Origin: Bacteroidia bacterium
GTDB lineage: Bacteria > Bacteroidota > Bacteroidia > NS11-12g > UBA955
NCBI GenBank assembly: GCA_038317095.1
Contig: JBBQBB010000001.1
Location: forward strand, 64,011-128,010
Direction: 5' to 3'
Length of the DNA: 64,000 nt
The translations under genes were made by a program, and so were the position numbers. This document shows positions 1-9,078 of the stretch, in pieces. The notes under the pieces are model-generated. The model was not told the DNA's origin. It made no database searches and saw only the letters and a program-made list of their open reading frames with translations. Each line of letters starts with the position of its first letter. The stretch's first letter is position 1.

Positions 1-455
1 TCTTCCATTCCTTTTCCAAGCGCTTAGGGATACATTGCTAAATATCATGATTCAAAATACGGTCATTTCAAAGATGACCCCATCTACCAATTAACTATAT
101 ATGTTTTTAACTTTACCAAATTGCTTTTTCAGTTAACATATATGTTTTTTTGCCTATATAATATTTAAATAACTTATATACATATATCATATACTCATAT
201 AAACATAAATAATGTTACTTTTCGTTCAATATTAGATATAAATAAGAGTATTAAATGCATTTAAAACAATGAATAACTAATTTTGAATTCTTAAATACGG
301 TCTTTGATTAACTAAATACCAAATACCAGAATAATAAATGCAATTTAGCAAAACATGTGCTCTAAAAGGCAAGCAAGTCTAGAATACCAGAATTGATTTT
401 TAGGCAAATTGAAAATCAGGATACCCAGTTAAAACAACAGACACCCGCGTTAGTG

Positions 456-753
456 TCAAAACCCATATTCGTTTTTTACCTTACAAATTTTAACATTGTA
501 GGATGTATATCCTTTTTCATAACCCAATTTTTGGGGCATGTTGGTGTTCGAGGTTTTGCTTCCAATTTAGAATGGATTCTAAAGATTCCCAATAGCAAAC
601 TGTAATACCCACTTCGTTTCGTGCAGCTTCCATGCCTAAAAACCCTGGCTGTTTGCGCACCAATTCTTCCATCCTTTCGGACATTTCGCCATACCCATTG
701 TCTCCATCGGTGCGCACCTAGGTAAATATCACCGCGTAATAAGTGGGTTTCAT
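456..753 (-). pseudogene. Antibiotic-biosynthesis-monooxygenase (ABM) family gene, disrupted by an in-frame TAG and a frameshift
   Basis: The minus-strand ATG at 753 reads MKPTYYAVIFT, then TAG (720-718). It continues VRTDGDNGYGEMSERMEELVRKQPGFLGMEAARNEVGITVCYWESLESILNWKQNLEHQHAPKIGL-stop at 517. The expected family C-terminus YEKGYTSYNVKICKVKNEYGF-stop (ends 456) lies in a different frame. Confidence 0.75.
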
Positions 754-760
754 TGAAGCA

Positions 761-1126
761 CTAGTTTTTAAAACCATTATCAACCCAACAAGTTATTTTA
801 TCTATGTTGGATTGTGAAAGTTTTGCTTGGTATTGAGGCATGCTGGCAAAACCACTGTCGTGCCTTATTGCTTTTAATAAATTTTTATTTTCCACTGCAG
901 CTTTTACTTCTGCCGATGTTCTAAGCAAAATAGAACCGTAACTGCCTCCTACAGTATGGCAACCACTCACGCAATTGACATCAACAATCTGCTTTACGTC
1001 AGACGTATAAGTTGCAGGGTTGCTCGAAGAGCAATTTACAATTGGCATAGGTTCGTGCGCATTTTCACAACCTACCAAAAACATGAAAAGAAAAGATGAA
1101 AGCATTAATTTAGGGTTCAGATTCAT
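761..1126 (-). CDS. Small Cys-containing lipoprotein (signal peptide plus LVGC lipobox; C-x3-CH motif)
   Basis: 121 aa ORF. The N-terminus MNLNPKLMLSSFLFMFLVGC fits a lipoprotein signal. NCVSGCHTVGG and the C-terminal ITCWVDNGFKN resemble a small Bacteroidota lipoprotein family often annotated as cytochrome-c-like. The motif is not a canonical CxxCH. Confidence 0.6.
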   Translation of the reverse strand: MNLNPKLMLSSFLFMFLVGCENAHEPMPIVNCSSSNPATYTSDVKQIVDVNCVSGCHTVGGSYGSILLRTSAEVKAAVENKNLLKAIRHDSGFASMPQYQAKLSQSNIDKITCWVDNGFKN

Positions 1127-1181
1127 AGGTTAAAACAAAGATAATTACAAAAAGTTGGAAAGAATGATACAATTTTGCAAA

Positions 1182-2942
1182 ATGCATAAATTTCCTATTG
1201 CAATTCTTGCTTTTTTTGCGTTTCAAACAGCCATGTCTAAATCCCAACCAGTTCTCTCCTACTCTATTCGCATTTTGGAACCACACACCCATTATGCCGA
1301 GGTCAACATTGTGATTGAAAATAACAACCAAACGCAACTTACTTTCAAAATGCCAGTTTGGGCCCCTGGCTCATATTTGGTGCGCGAATTCGAAAAAAGC
1401 GTTGAAAACATATATGCAAGTGCAGATGGTATGCCATCCATACCCAAACATTTAGATAAAAATTCTTGGCAAATCCAGTGCGGAAAAGCCAAGAAAATTG
1501 AATTTAAATATCAGATTTATGCCTTTGAGTTTTCTGTGAGAACTTCGTTTATTGACGCATCGCATGCTTTTTTGCACAATTCATCGGTATTTATGTTTGT
1601 AGATGAATACAAACAGTTGTCTGGAAATCTATTGCTAAAATATCCAAATAACTGGCAAAAAGTTTCAACGTCCCTAGAAGGCAAAGACAACAACTACCAA
1701 TTTGCCGATTACGATGAATTGGCAGACAGTCCTATAGAAATAGGAAACCAGGAAGAATATACGTTTGACGTTATGGGCGTGCCACACACCTTGGTGATGG
1801 TAGGATTAAACAATTGCAATACCGCCAAATTTATTCCAGATTTACAGAAAATGTGTTTAACCATGGCAAATATTGTAGGAGAGCATCCGTGCAAAAAATA
1901 TGTGCTAATAGTGCAAAATATAGAAACCGGTGGAGGTGGCTTGGAACATAAAAACAGTTTCTGTGTTATGATGAATCGGTGGGCATGGACTGATGCGGAT
2001 AAATATCAGGCTTTTCTGGGGCTTTGTGCCCATGAATATTTCCATTTGTGGAACGTGAAACGCATCCGCCCCATTGAACTGGGTCCATTCGATTATGCCC
2101 AAGAAAATTATACACGCCAGTTGTGGGTGGCAGAGGGTATTACCAGTTATTTTGATGAGTTGTCACTCTTGCGTGCAGGTTTAATTTCAAAAAAACAGTT
2201 TATTGAAACACTGGAAACGTATATCAATAGCTTAGAAAATAGACCGGGTAGCAAAATTCAAACACTGGCTGAAAGTAGTTTTGATGCTTGGATTAAAGAA
2301 TATCGACCCAATGAGAATAGCAAAAACACCAGTATTTCCTACTATGCAAAAGGATTGATTGTGGCGGCACTTTTAGATGCGAGAATTTGTGCCGCTACCA
2401 ATGGAAGTAAAAGTTTAGACGACTTAATGAAACTATTATACAATAGATTCTACAAAGAAAAAAAGCGCGGATTTACAGAGGAAGAATTCATTCAATCTGC
2501 TTCAGAAATTTGCAACACCGATTTAAAAAGTTTTTTCAACACGCACGTTTATTCAACAGCGACTCCAGATTATGAAAACATATTTTCCGCGGGAGGAATC
2601 TTGATAAACAAAAAAACAGAACTTAAAAAAGAATTGGGAATTTCAACCGCTTTGGAAAATGGGCGTACCATAATAAAATATGTAATGCGCAATGGACCCG
2701 CTTGGAATGGTGGCCTGAATGTGAATGACGAATTGATTGCAATTAATGGCACGAGAGTAAACAACGATGCGGATATGATACTCAAGAATATTGGATATCC
2801 TGGAATAGTGACGGCAACCATTAACAGATCTGGATTGGTAAGTGAAATTACTTTCAATTTGGTACCATTTGAAATCGTAAAATATGATTTGTCAATGGAT
2901 AAATCTGAGGGTCTAATCTTGCAAAAATGGTTGGGTAAATAG
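1182..2942 (+). CDS. M61 family (glycyl aminopeptidase-like) metallopeptidase with C-terminal PDZ domain
   Basis: HEYFHLWNVKRIRP HExxH motif with M61-like context. PDZ-like segment GLNVNDELIAINGTRV. The start is moved to ATG 1182 (MHKFPIAILAFFAFQTAMS signal peptide) inside the 1155 ORF. Confidence 0.9.
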   Translation: MHKFPIAILAFFAFQTAMSKSQPVLSYSIRILEPHTHYAEVNIVIENNNQTQLTFKMPVWAPGSYLVREFEKSVENIYASADGMPSIPKHLDKNSWQIQCGKAKKIEFKYQIYAFEFSVRTSFIDASHAFLHNSSVFMFVDEYKQLSGNLLLKYPNNWQKVSTSLEGKDNNYQFADYDELADSPIEIGNQEEYTFDVMGVPHTLVMVGLNNCNTAKFIPDLQKMCLTMANIVGEHPCKKYVLIVQNIETGGGGLEHKNSFCVMMNRWAWTDADKYQAFLGLCAHEYFHLWNVKRIRPIELGPFDYAQENYTRQLWVAEGITSYFDELSLLRAGLISKKQFIETLETYINSLENRPGSKIQTLAESSFDAWIKEYRPNENSKNTSISYYAKGLIVAALLDARICAATNGSKSLDDLMKLLYNRFYKEKKRGFTEEEFIQSASEICNTDLKSFFNTHVYSTATPDYENIFSAGGILINKKTELKKELGISTALENGRTIIKYVMRNGPAWNGGLNVNDELIAINGTRVNNDADMILKNIGYPGIVTATINRSGLVSEITFNLVPFEIVKYDLSMDKSEGLILQKWLGK

Positions 2943-3649
2943 TGTGCACACTTACTTATATACCTACTAAAACTGGTTTTGTGTTTACGCACAACCGCGA
3001 TGAAAATGCATTGCGAGAACCAGCTTTTCCGCCCTCCGTTTCTATTGTAAATGGCATTGAAATTCTTTTCCCTAAAGATGGCAGAGCTGGTGGCACCTGG
3101 ATAGCTTGCAACCAAATTTGGTCGGTTTGTTTGTTAAATGGCGCGTTTGAAAAACACAAGCATTTGCCTCCTTATGCAAAAAGCCGTGGAATTGTTTTGT
3201 TGGATTTCTTCGCTTTTGATGATTTAAAAACATTTAGCACAGTCTATGATTTTAGCGGAATTGAGCCTTTTACCCTCGTATGCGCGGAGAACCATTTGTT
3301 GTCTGTTTTTGAACTTAGGTGGGATGGAGAAAGAACTTATTTCAAAGCCTTGGATCGGGAGCCACAAATATGGAGTAGTGCCACACTCTATAATTTGCAA
3401 GCCCGTGAAAAGCGAATGGCCCTGTTTAATCAATTCATTCTAAACCATCAGAATCCAACTGCAGAACAAGTATTCGACTTCCATAGAACAGGTAAAACAG
3501 GGATAAAAGAGGAAAATTTGGTTATGAAAAGACCCAGTGGGGTGAAGACACTTTCGATTTCCCAAATTTACATAAACAGTAACCTTAAATTTACATACAC
3601 AGATTTAATATTGGATGCGCAAAGTATACAGTACTCAGAAATTTACTGA
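2942..3649 (+). CDS. NRDE family protein (TANGO2-like)
   Basis: N-terminal MCTLTY...THNRDE signature of the NRDE family. GTG start overlaps the upstream stop by 1 nt (TAGTG). Confidence 0.85.
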   Translation: MCTLTYIPTKTGFVFTHNRDENALREPAFPPSVSIVNGIEILFPKDGRAGGTWIACNQIWSVCLLNGAFEKHKHLPPYAKSRGIVLLDFFAFDDLKTFSTVYDFSGIEPFTLVCAENHLLSVFELRWDGERTYFKALDREPQIWSSATLYNLQAREKRMALFNQFILNHQNPTAEQVFDFHRTGKTGIKEENLVMKRPSGVKTLSISQIYINSNLKFTYTDLILDAQSIQYSEIY

Positions 3650-3735
3650 TTGGCATAATTGTTGAAATTTTGGAATAAATTTGAAGAAAGCATTTACTTT
3701 GAACTAGCCCACAGTATTAAAACCAAACAAAATCT

Positions 3736-5724
3736 ATGAAAAAGATATTTTACTTAGCCACTCTAGCAATACTGCTTGCAGGAACCCAGGCTTTTCAGAA
3801 AAACAAAAACGCGAATGCCCCAAAACGCATCGCATTAATTGTGGCCATTGCTGATTTCAAAAATCAATATAAAAATGAGCAATGGGGCCATTTAAGTTCC
3901 TTAAACGACGATACCATTATTACCGATGCCTTGAAAAAACAAGGTTTTACAGAATTTATTCGTTTAAGAAATAGCGAAGCCACTGTTGTTGGAATACGCA
4001 AGGCATTTGCAAATCTAAAAAGCAAAATCAACGCTGGAGATATCGTATATATTCATTTTAGCGGCCATGGTCAACAAGTTTTTGACGACAATGGAGATGA
4101 AACAGACGGATTGGATGAGTGTATTGTAGGGTACGATGCCCCCATGTTTTACCATGAAGGTTATAAAGGTGAAAAGCATTTACGGGATGACGAATTGGGG
4201 AAATTGGTGAATGAAATTAGGGTTGCATCTGGTACAAAAGGCAATGTATTGGTTGTATCAGATGCTTGCCATTCCGGAACTGCGCTTCGCGGACCAGTTT
4301 GCCGCGGCACTGAAGCACCAATGACGCCTCCTGGCTTTGATGCATTAAAAGTGAGACAGGTAAAAGACAGCGCTGCGGAGAATTTTTTAGCCCTTGCAGG
4401 TGGAATGTCTCCAGTAATTCTGTTTTCCGCTTGTCAAGCCAAAGAAACAAACCAAGAATACAACCATTGCGGATCTCTTTCTTTGGCAATTACCCAAGCA
4501 TTGCCATTGTTGAAGTCTGGAGATTCTTACAACACGCTTTTTGCCTTCATAAACACCAAAATGGCCACCATGAATTTGGGACAAACCCCAATGGTTGAAG
4601 GGAGTACCAAAATAGGTGTTTTTGGTGGCGAAGTGGCAAAACAAAGTAATTATTATACAGTAAGGAATATTAAAACTGGCATCGTGGTTATTAGCGGAGG
4701 CACATTAAATGGTTTGTACGTGGGCAGCAAAGTTGCCTTAATGCCTGCAGGTTCTGCCAGTTATGACCCAGCAAAAGCGGTATACAACGGAACCGTTAGC
4801 ACCGCCGAATTGGGCAAAGCCATTGTTACTGTAGACAAAGATTTGAGCAAATATATTCCGAGTCAATTGTGGGCTTTTGTTACGGAACAAGCTTTTGGAT
4901 CCCAAAAACTTTATGTCGGATTTGGAGACGGCATTGGTAAAAACAAAAACGATATCAAGAACAATGTTCAAAAATTAGAATTTATTGCTTTTCGAGACAA
5001 ATTGCCAGATGTTATTATAGATTCAAAAGCTGGCAAATACTTTTTAACCCTATTGGATGGCAGAAAACCATTTGAAGAGATGGATAGCTATGAAGCCTTG
5101 AATAATCAATTGAATGCATTTATGCAAGGCAAAATCATGAGTGAAGTAAACTTTAAAGATCCAGATATTCAAGTTGAATTGTCTTTTATTCCGTCCCATT
5201 TTGATGGTTGGGATGGTGATGTCCCTTTAATTACGGATGTAAACATGGAAAGTCGCTTAAACAACGGAGTAATGGAATTGATAGACAACGATGTAATGTC
5301 TGTTAAATTAAAAAACACAGGAATGTATGATGTGTATATAAATATGTTGGAGATAGCTCCGAATGGAAAAGTATATGTGTGCCTGCCTGATTTTGAAAAT
5401 GCAACTGCGCCTAAAGAAATATTATTACCTGCTGGCAAAGAATATATTGTTCCCAATTATTACCGCAGTTTGGGTGTGGGTCCTGGAAACATTGATTGTG
5501 GTAAATACATTTATAAATTGTTTGCAACCCGTGAATCCATAAGTTTTAGTGGTATTTTTCTAACCCGTGGTGCGGGATCAGCAGAAACTTTCACCCATCC
5601 TGCAGCTAAACTTTTTGGACAAAGTTTTAATGCTAAGCGAGCAGGAGGAAACCTAAGTACCACCAAAACCAGTGGCGGCGGCACCACATCTGAGTACACA
5701 ATTGTGCTTAAACCTAAGAAATAG
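3736..5724 (+). CDS. Secreted caspase-fold (peptidase C14) protein with long C-terminal beta-rich extension (DUF4384-like)
   Basis: Signal peptide MKKIFYLATLAILLAGTQA. Caspase His/Cys dyad contexts IHFSGHGQQ and VVSDACHSG. The C-terminal segment YDVYINMLEIAPNGKVYVCLPDF...LPAGKEYIVP resembles DUF4384. Confidence 0.85.
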   Translation: MKKIFYLATLAILLAGTQAFQKNKNANAPKRIALIVAIADFKNQYKNEQWGHLSSLNDDTIITDALKKQGFTEFIRLRNSEATVVGIRKAFANLKSKINAGDIVYIHFSGHGQQVFDDNGDETDGLDECIVGYDAPMFYHEGYKGEKHLRDDELGKLVNEIRVASGTKGNVLVVSDACHSGTALRGPVCRGTEAPMTPPGFDALKVRQVKDSAAENFLALAGGMSPVILFSACQAKETNQEYNHCGSLSLAITQALPLLKSGDSYNTLFAFINTKMATMNLGQTPMVEGSTKIGVFGGEVAKQSNYYTVRNIKTGIVVISGGTLNGLYVGSKVALMPAGSASYDPAKAVYNGTVSTAELGKAIVTVDKDLSKYIPSQLWAFVTEQAFGSQKLYVGFGDGIGKNKNDIKNNVQKLEFIAFRDKLPDVIIDSKAGKYFLTLLDGRKPFEEMDSYEALNNQLNAFMQGKIMSEVNFKDPDIQVELSFIPSHFDGWDGDVPLITDVNMESRLNNGVMELIDNDVMSVKLKNTGMYDVYINMLEIAPNGKVYVCLPDFENATAPKEILLPAGKEYIVPNYYRSLGVGPGNIDCGKYIYKLFATRESISFSGIFLTRGAGSAETFTHPAAKLFGQSFNAKRAGGNLSTTKTSGGGTTSEYTIVLKPKK

Positions 5725-5748
5725 ATTTCATGAATTCTATTGTAATAA

Positions 5749-5782
5749 AATGGCCTTCATTCAGAAGGTCATTTTTGTTTTT
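5749..5782 (+). terminator. Rho-independent terminator after the caspase-fold gene
   Basis: Hairpin tggccttc-attca-gaaggtca followed by tttttgttttt. Confidence 0.6.
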
Positions 5783-5905
5783 ACCTGTTCCTATATTTGC
5801 CGAAATATTAAAAAAAATCGCACAATGCACAAAAATCATTCCAAAGTCGTTTACCTTTTTAAATGATTGCGTATTACCTATTATAACAAACAAAAAAACA
5901 ATACA

Positions 5906-7372
5906 ATGAAAACAAAAATGAATTTTTTAGCCAACATGAAAAAACAAATCATGGCCATCGCAATCATCGCTTTTAGCGGAGCAACATTTGCGCAAGTAAA
6001 CAACATTCCTTGGTACCAATCCAAAGATGCCGCAAGTCGCGGTGCCTGGGGAGCAGACACACGGGCAGAAGCATCAACCAAATGGGAGTATCGCGATTAT
6101 ATGCGTGCTACAGCAACTGCGGTTTTTAAATCTCAAATTCAAGGAAACAAAATCAAAACCGGTACACTTCGGGATGGATTAACCAATTATTTTGGAAAAC
6201 ACAAATTTGGAGATGATGTGCGCTTCCTAGACCAACCAATAGCTGGTTTCTGCACTGGATTTCTTATTGCCCCAGATTTACTAGTAACCGCAGGCCATTG
6301 CATTACAGACCAAGAAAGATTACTCAGCACTGTTTGGATATTCGATTATACATCAGACGTTCAATTTGATCTTGCAGGCAAATACATTACCGTCCCAGAA
6401 TCTAACCAATACCAAGGCATTGAAATTTTGGATCGTCAACTATCTGAAAACGGAGAATACGATTATGCAATCATTCGCCTAAACCGCAAAGTTACTGGCC
6501 GCAAACCTTACAAATTTCGCACAGGTGGTGCAGTAAAGTTTGACCAAATGATAGCCATGATTGGCTCACCAGGTGGTTTGCCTTTGAAGCTTGCTGACAG
6601 CGCACACGTAACCAACAATGAAACCTATGCTACTTCTTTTTTAACCGACTTGGACGCTTTCCATGGCAACTCTGGCGGACCTGTTTTTAACATGTTGGGA
6701 TTTATTGAAGGCATATTGGTTCGCGGTCCAGGTTGGGATTACCACGTAGACGAAACTACCGATGAAATTAAACAAGACGTTTTCTATGATCTTTACAATT
6801 TGTTGGGAATGCAAGCCAAACAAGGAAATGGAGTGCACAGAATTACCTTTACAAACGACAATTTACTGGCATACGGAGTTTACCGCAACCTAGAAGTAGC
6901 CATTGAAAACAATGATTTGGCAGAATTCAAAGAATGGACTATGTATAGCTGGATTTGGAAGAAACAATTCGATGGCAGGGATAATTTGATTGCAGTTGCT
7001 GCAAAGAATTATAGAGCCGATATGCTTGATGTTATATTATCTACAGAGGGTATCGACATCAATGCCAAAGACAAATTCAATACGCCATTGCTAACAATTT
7101 TGGCACAATACAATCAAGGAGCTGCAATTACCAAAGCAAAATCTGCAATGGGCGATGCATTAGACTTAAATGTAAGGGATGCAAATGGTGAAACGGCACT
7201 CATGGTTGCAGCAAAAAATGGGAACTTGGATGCTGTGAATGCGCTAATTGCCGCTGGTGCAGATTTGAAAGCTACCAATTATGCTGGCAAAACCGCAAGA
7301 TCCTTGGCTAAATCTGCAAAACAAAAAGCCATTGCTAAAGTTTTAAAGAAAGCAGAAAAAGCAAAAAAATGA
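5906..7372 (+). CDS. Secreted trypsin-fold (S1) serine protease fused to C-terminal ankyrin repeats, paralog 1
   Basis: Signal peptide (MKTKMNFLANMKKQIMAIAIIAFSGATFAQ). Triad contexts LVTAGHC, DYAIIRL and GNSGGPVF. ANK repeat NGETALMVAAKNGNLDAVNALIAAGADL. Start set at ATG 5906 within the 5867 ORF. Confidence 0.85.
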   Translation: MKTKMNFLANMKKQIMAIAIIAFSGATFAQVNNIPWYQSKDAASRGAWGADTRAEASTKWEYRDYMRATATAVFKSQIQGNKIKTGTLRDGLTNYFGKHKFGDDVRFLDQPIAGFCTGFLIAPDLLVTAGHCITDQERLLSTVWIFDYTSDVQFDLAGKYITVPESNQYQGIEILDRQLSENGEYDYAIIRLNRKVTGRKPYKFRTGGAVKFDQMIAMIGSPGGLPLKLADSAHVTNNETYATSFLTDLDAFHGNSGGPVFNMLGFIEGILVRGPGWDYHVDETTDEIKQDVFYDLYNLLGMQAKQGNGVHRITFTNDNLLAYGVYRNLEVAIENNDLAEFKEWTMYSWIWKKQFDGRDNLIAVAAKNYRADMLDVILSTEGIDINAKDKFNTPLLTILAQYNQGAAITKAKSAMGDALDLNVRDANGETALMVAAKNGNLDAVNALIAAGADLKATNYAGKTARSLAKSAKQKAIAKVLKKAEKAKK

Positions 7373-7393
7373 TTTTAATTCTCTTAATAAAAA

Positions 7394-7425
7394 AGTCCGC
7401 CAACAGCTTGTTGGCGGACTTTTTT
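7394..7425 (+). terminator. Rho-independent terminator
   Basis: 12-bp perfect stem agtccgccaaca/tgttggcggact with loop gct, then TTTTT. Confidence 0.8.
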
Positions 7426-7482
7426 ATGCAATTCATATCTAAGTAATATTGAAAATAGAATAAATTACCCCATATTTGAAGC

Positions 7483-8985
7483 ATGAAACGATTAATTCTC
7501 ACATTTTTAACTCTACCACTGGTATTTTCTGCATTCAGCCAGCCATGGTATTCGTTAGATACAGATTCTGCGAAACGGGCTTCTTGGGGTCCAGACAAAA
7601 GGGCTGAAGCAAAAGCCAAACTAGAATACTTAGACTACACTAGAGCCACAGCAACCAGCGTAAAACTTTGGCAAGTCAAAGGCGACCAAATATATTCACC
7701 CACATTGAGGGAAAACTTGGTTTACTCTATGAAATCAAGAGGCATTGACCCTACCAATCAGTACAATTTTGATGAGAATGTGCGTTACCTAGATCAGCCA
7801 TCCTGCGGTTCTTGCACGGGTTTCCTTATTGCACCAGACATTTTGGTTACAGCGGGACATTGCTTCCATTCTCCTGGTGACTTGGATAGCACAGTTTGGC
7901 TTTTTGATTATACTTCTGATATTGCATTCAACGCTTCTTCTCATAAAATAACGGTTCCACAATCCAAACAATACCGTTGTGTTGAGATGTTAGACCACGC
8001 ATTGATTGGATCTCAAGGTTGGGATTATTCCATCATTAGACTTGACAGAAAAGTGGAAGGTCGTAAACCTTACAAATTTCGCACGGGTGGAAAAAACGAA
8101 TTGAACCAATTTATCGCCATGATTGGTTCACCTAGAGGTTTACCCCTTAAATTGGTTGACAGTGCAAGAATTACAAACCCGAATGAAGGCAAAACTTTCT
8201 TTTTAACCAATTTAACCGCCTTCCACGGAAATTCTGGTGGTCCTGTGTTTAATTCCAATGGCTGGATTGAAGGCATTTTGGTTCGCGCCCCAACAGGCTT
8301 AGCTGCCCTTGGTGGTGATGAAGGTGATTACGATTACCATTATGATGAAGCCTGCCAATGTATTAAACAAGATGTATATTATGATTTGTATTCCATTTTT
8401 GGGTTGAATGCGCAAAATGGCACTGAAGTGCAGCGTTTAACCAAAACCAATTACGACTTGCTTCTTTACGCCGTATATCGCAATTTGGAATATGCCATAA
8501 AAGACAACGATGTTGCAGCTTTTGAAGACTGGGGTCTTTACAGCTGGATATGGACTTTAGACCTTGGTGCACGTGATGAAAAATACAAAACCTTAGATCC
8601 ACTTTTAGCCATGGCGATTAAAAATTATAGGGCTGAATTTGTAAGTACAATTTTGGATGCGGAAAACCTAGATTTCAATATGAAAGACAACAATGGCGTT
8701 CCTATATTAAGCTTAATGGTTCAAAATGGGATGGCAGATGCCATAACCAAAGCAAACTCCAAATCCAACGGAGCCTTAGATTTTAATAAGGTTGACGGAC
8801 ACAACGAAACGCCATTGATGTTCGCTGCTCGCACAGGCAATATGCAAATCATTGAATTGCTTTTGTCTAACGGGGCAAATGCTAAAATGAAAAATGCGGA
8901 TGGGAAAACTGCACGCAGCATAGCCAAAGATTACAAAATGAAAGACGCTGTAAAACGCTTGAAAAAAGCAGAGAAAGCGAAATAA
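7483..8985 (+). CDS. Secreted trypsin-fold (S1) serine protease fused to C-terminal ankyrin repeats, paralog 2
   Basis: Collinear with 5906-7372 over its full length: PWY..D..RA.WG.D.RAEA, ILVTAGHC, DYSIIRL, GNSGGPVF and the ANK repeat HNETPLMFAARTGNMQIIELLLSNGAN. It carries an extra insert ...GGDEGDYDYHYDEACQC. Confidence 0.85.
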   Translation: MKRLILTFLTLPLVFSAFSQPWYSLDTDSAKRASWGPDKRAEAKAKLEYLDYTRATATSVKLWQVKGDQIYSPTLRENLVYSMKSRGIDPTNQYNFDENVRYLDQPSCGSCTGFLIAPDILVTAGHCFHSPGDLDSTVWLFDYTSDIAFNASSHKITVPQSKQYRCVEMLDHALIGSQGWDYSIIRLDRKVEGRKPYKFRTGGKNELNQFIAMIGSPRGLPLKLVDSARITNPNEGKTFFLTNLTAFHGNSGGPVFNSNGWIEGILVRAPTGLAALGGDEGDYDYHYDEACQCIKQDVYYDLYSIFGLNAQNGTEVQRLTKTNYDLLLYAVYRNLEYAIKDNDVAAFEDWGLYSWIWTLDLGARDEKYKTLDPLLAMAIKNYRAEFVSTILDAENLDFNMKDNNGVPILSLMVQNGMADAITKANSKSNGALDFNKVDGHNETPLMFAARTGNMQIIELLLSNGANAKMKNADGKTARSIAKDYKMKDAVKRLKKAEKAK

Positions 8986-9001
8986 TTCAAACGAATGTTA
9001 A

Positions 9002-9032
9002 AAAAAGCCCCGAACAAACCGGGGCTTTTTTT
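9002..9032 (+). terminator. Rho-independent terminator
   Basis: agccccg-aacaaa-cggggct followed by a T run. Confidence 0.8.
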
Positions 9033-9066
9033 ATGATGCAGAGTTTCAATCTGCCTGTTCATAGTT

Positions 9067-9074
9067 TAAATTTG
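9067..9074 (+). promoter_or_regulatory. Bacteroidota -7 promoter box TAAATTTG, 4 nt upstream of ATG 9079
   Basis: Exact match to TAnnTTTG, followed by tggc and then the ATG. Confidence 0.35.
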
Positions 9075-9078
9075 TGGC

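Noticed and set aside
1-455. Replication origin, suggested by extreme AT-richness.
   Set aside because: I saw no cluster of DnaA boxes (TTATCCACA or its complement). The only near-match is a single site near 47725. No dnaA or dnaN neighbour is present.
393-605. 70-aa plus-strand ORF at the left edge.
   Set aside because: It overlaps the ABM pseudogene in antisense, and its hydrophobic, low-complexity translation has no family resemblance.
718-720. In-frame TAG as evidence of stop-codon reassignment or pyrrolysine-type recoding.
   Set aside because: The same gene also carries a frameshift. All other genes in the window terminate normally and have no internal TAG.
761-1126. c-type cytochrome (heme-binding) call for the small lipoprotein, and likewise for the 27171-27968 protein.
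   Set aside because: The motifs are C-x3-CH (CVSGCH) and C-x4-CH (CATTNCH), not the canonical CxxCH. The sequence context matches non-heme secreted domain families.
2570-3115. Long antisense ORFs: 181 aa here, plus 31057-31581 (174 aa), 48447-49088 (213 aa), 39278-39697 and 40829-41248 (139 aa each).
   Set aside because: Each lies entirely opposite a well-supported conserved gene and has low-complexity or implausible composition. They are typical shadow ORFs.
3736-8985. Caspase plus trypsin-like proteases as a cytoplasmic abortive-infection or gasdermin-type system.
   Set aside because: All three proteases carry Sec signal peptides. Each gene has its own terminator. There is no gasdermin-like or NTPase sensor gene, and the upstream 235-aa protein is clearly NRDE family.
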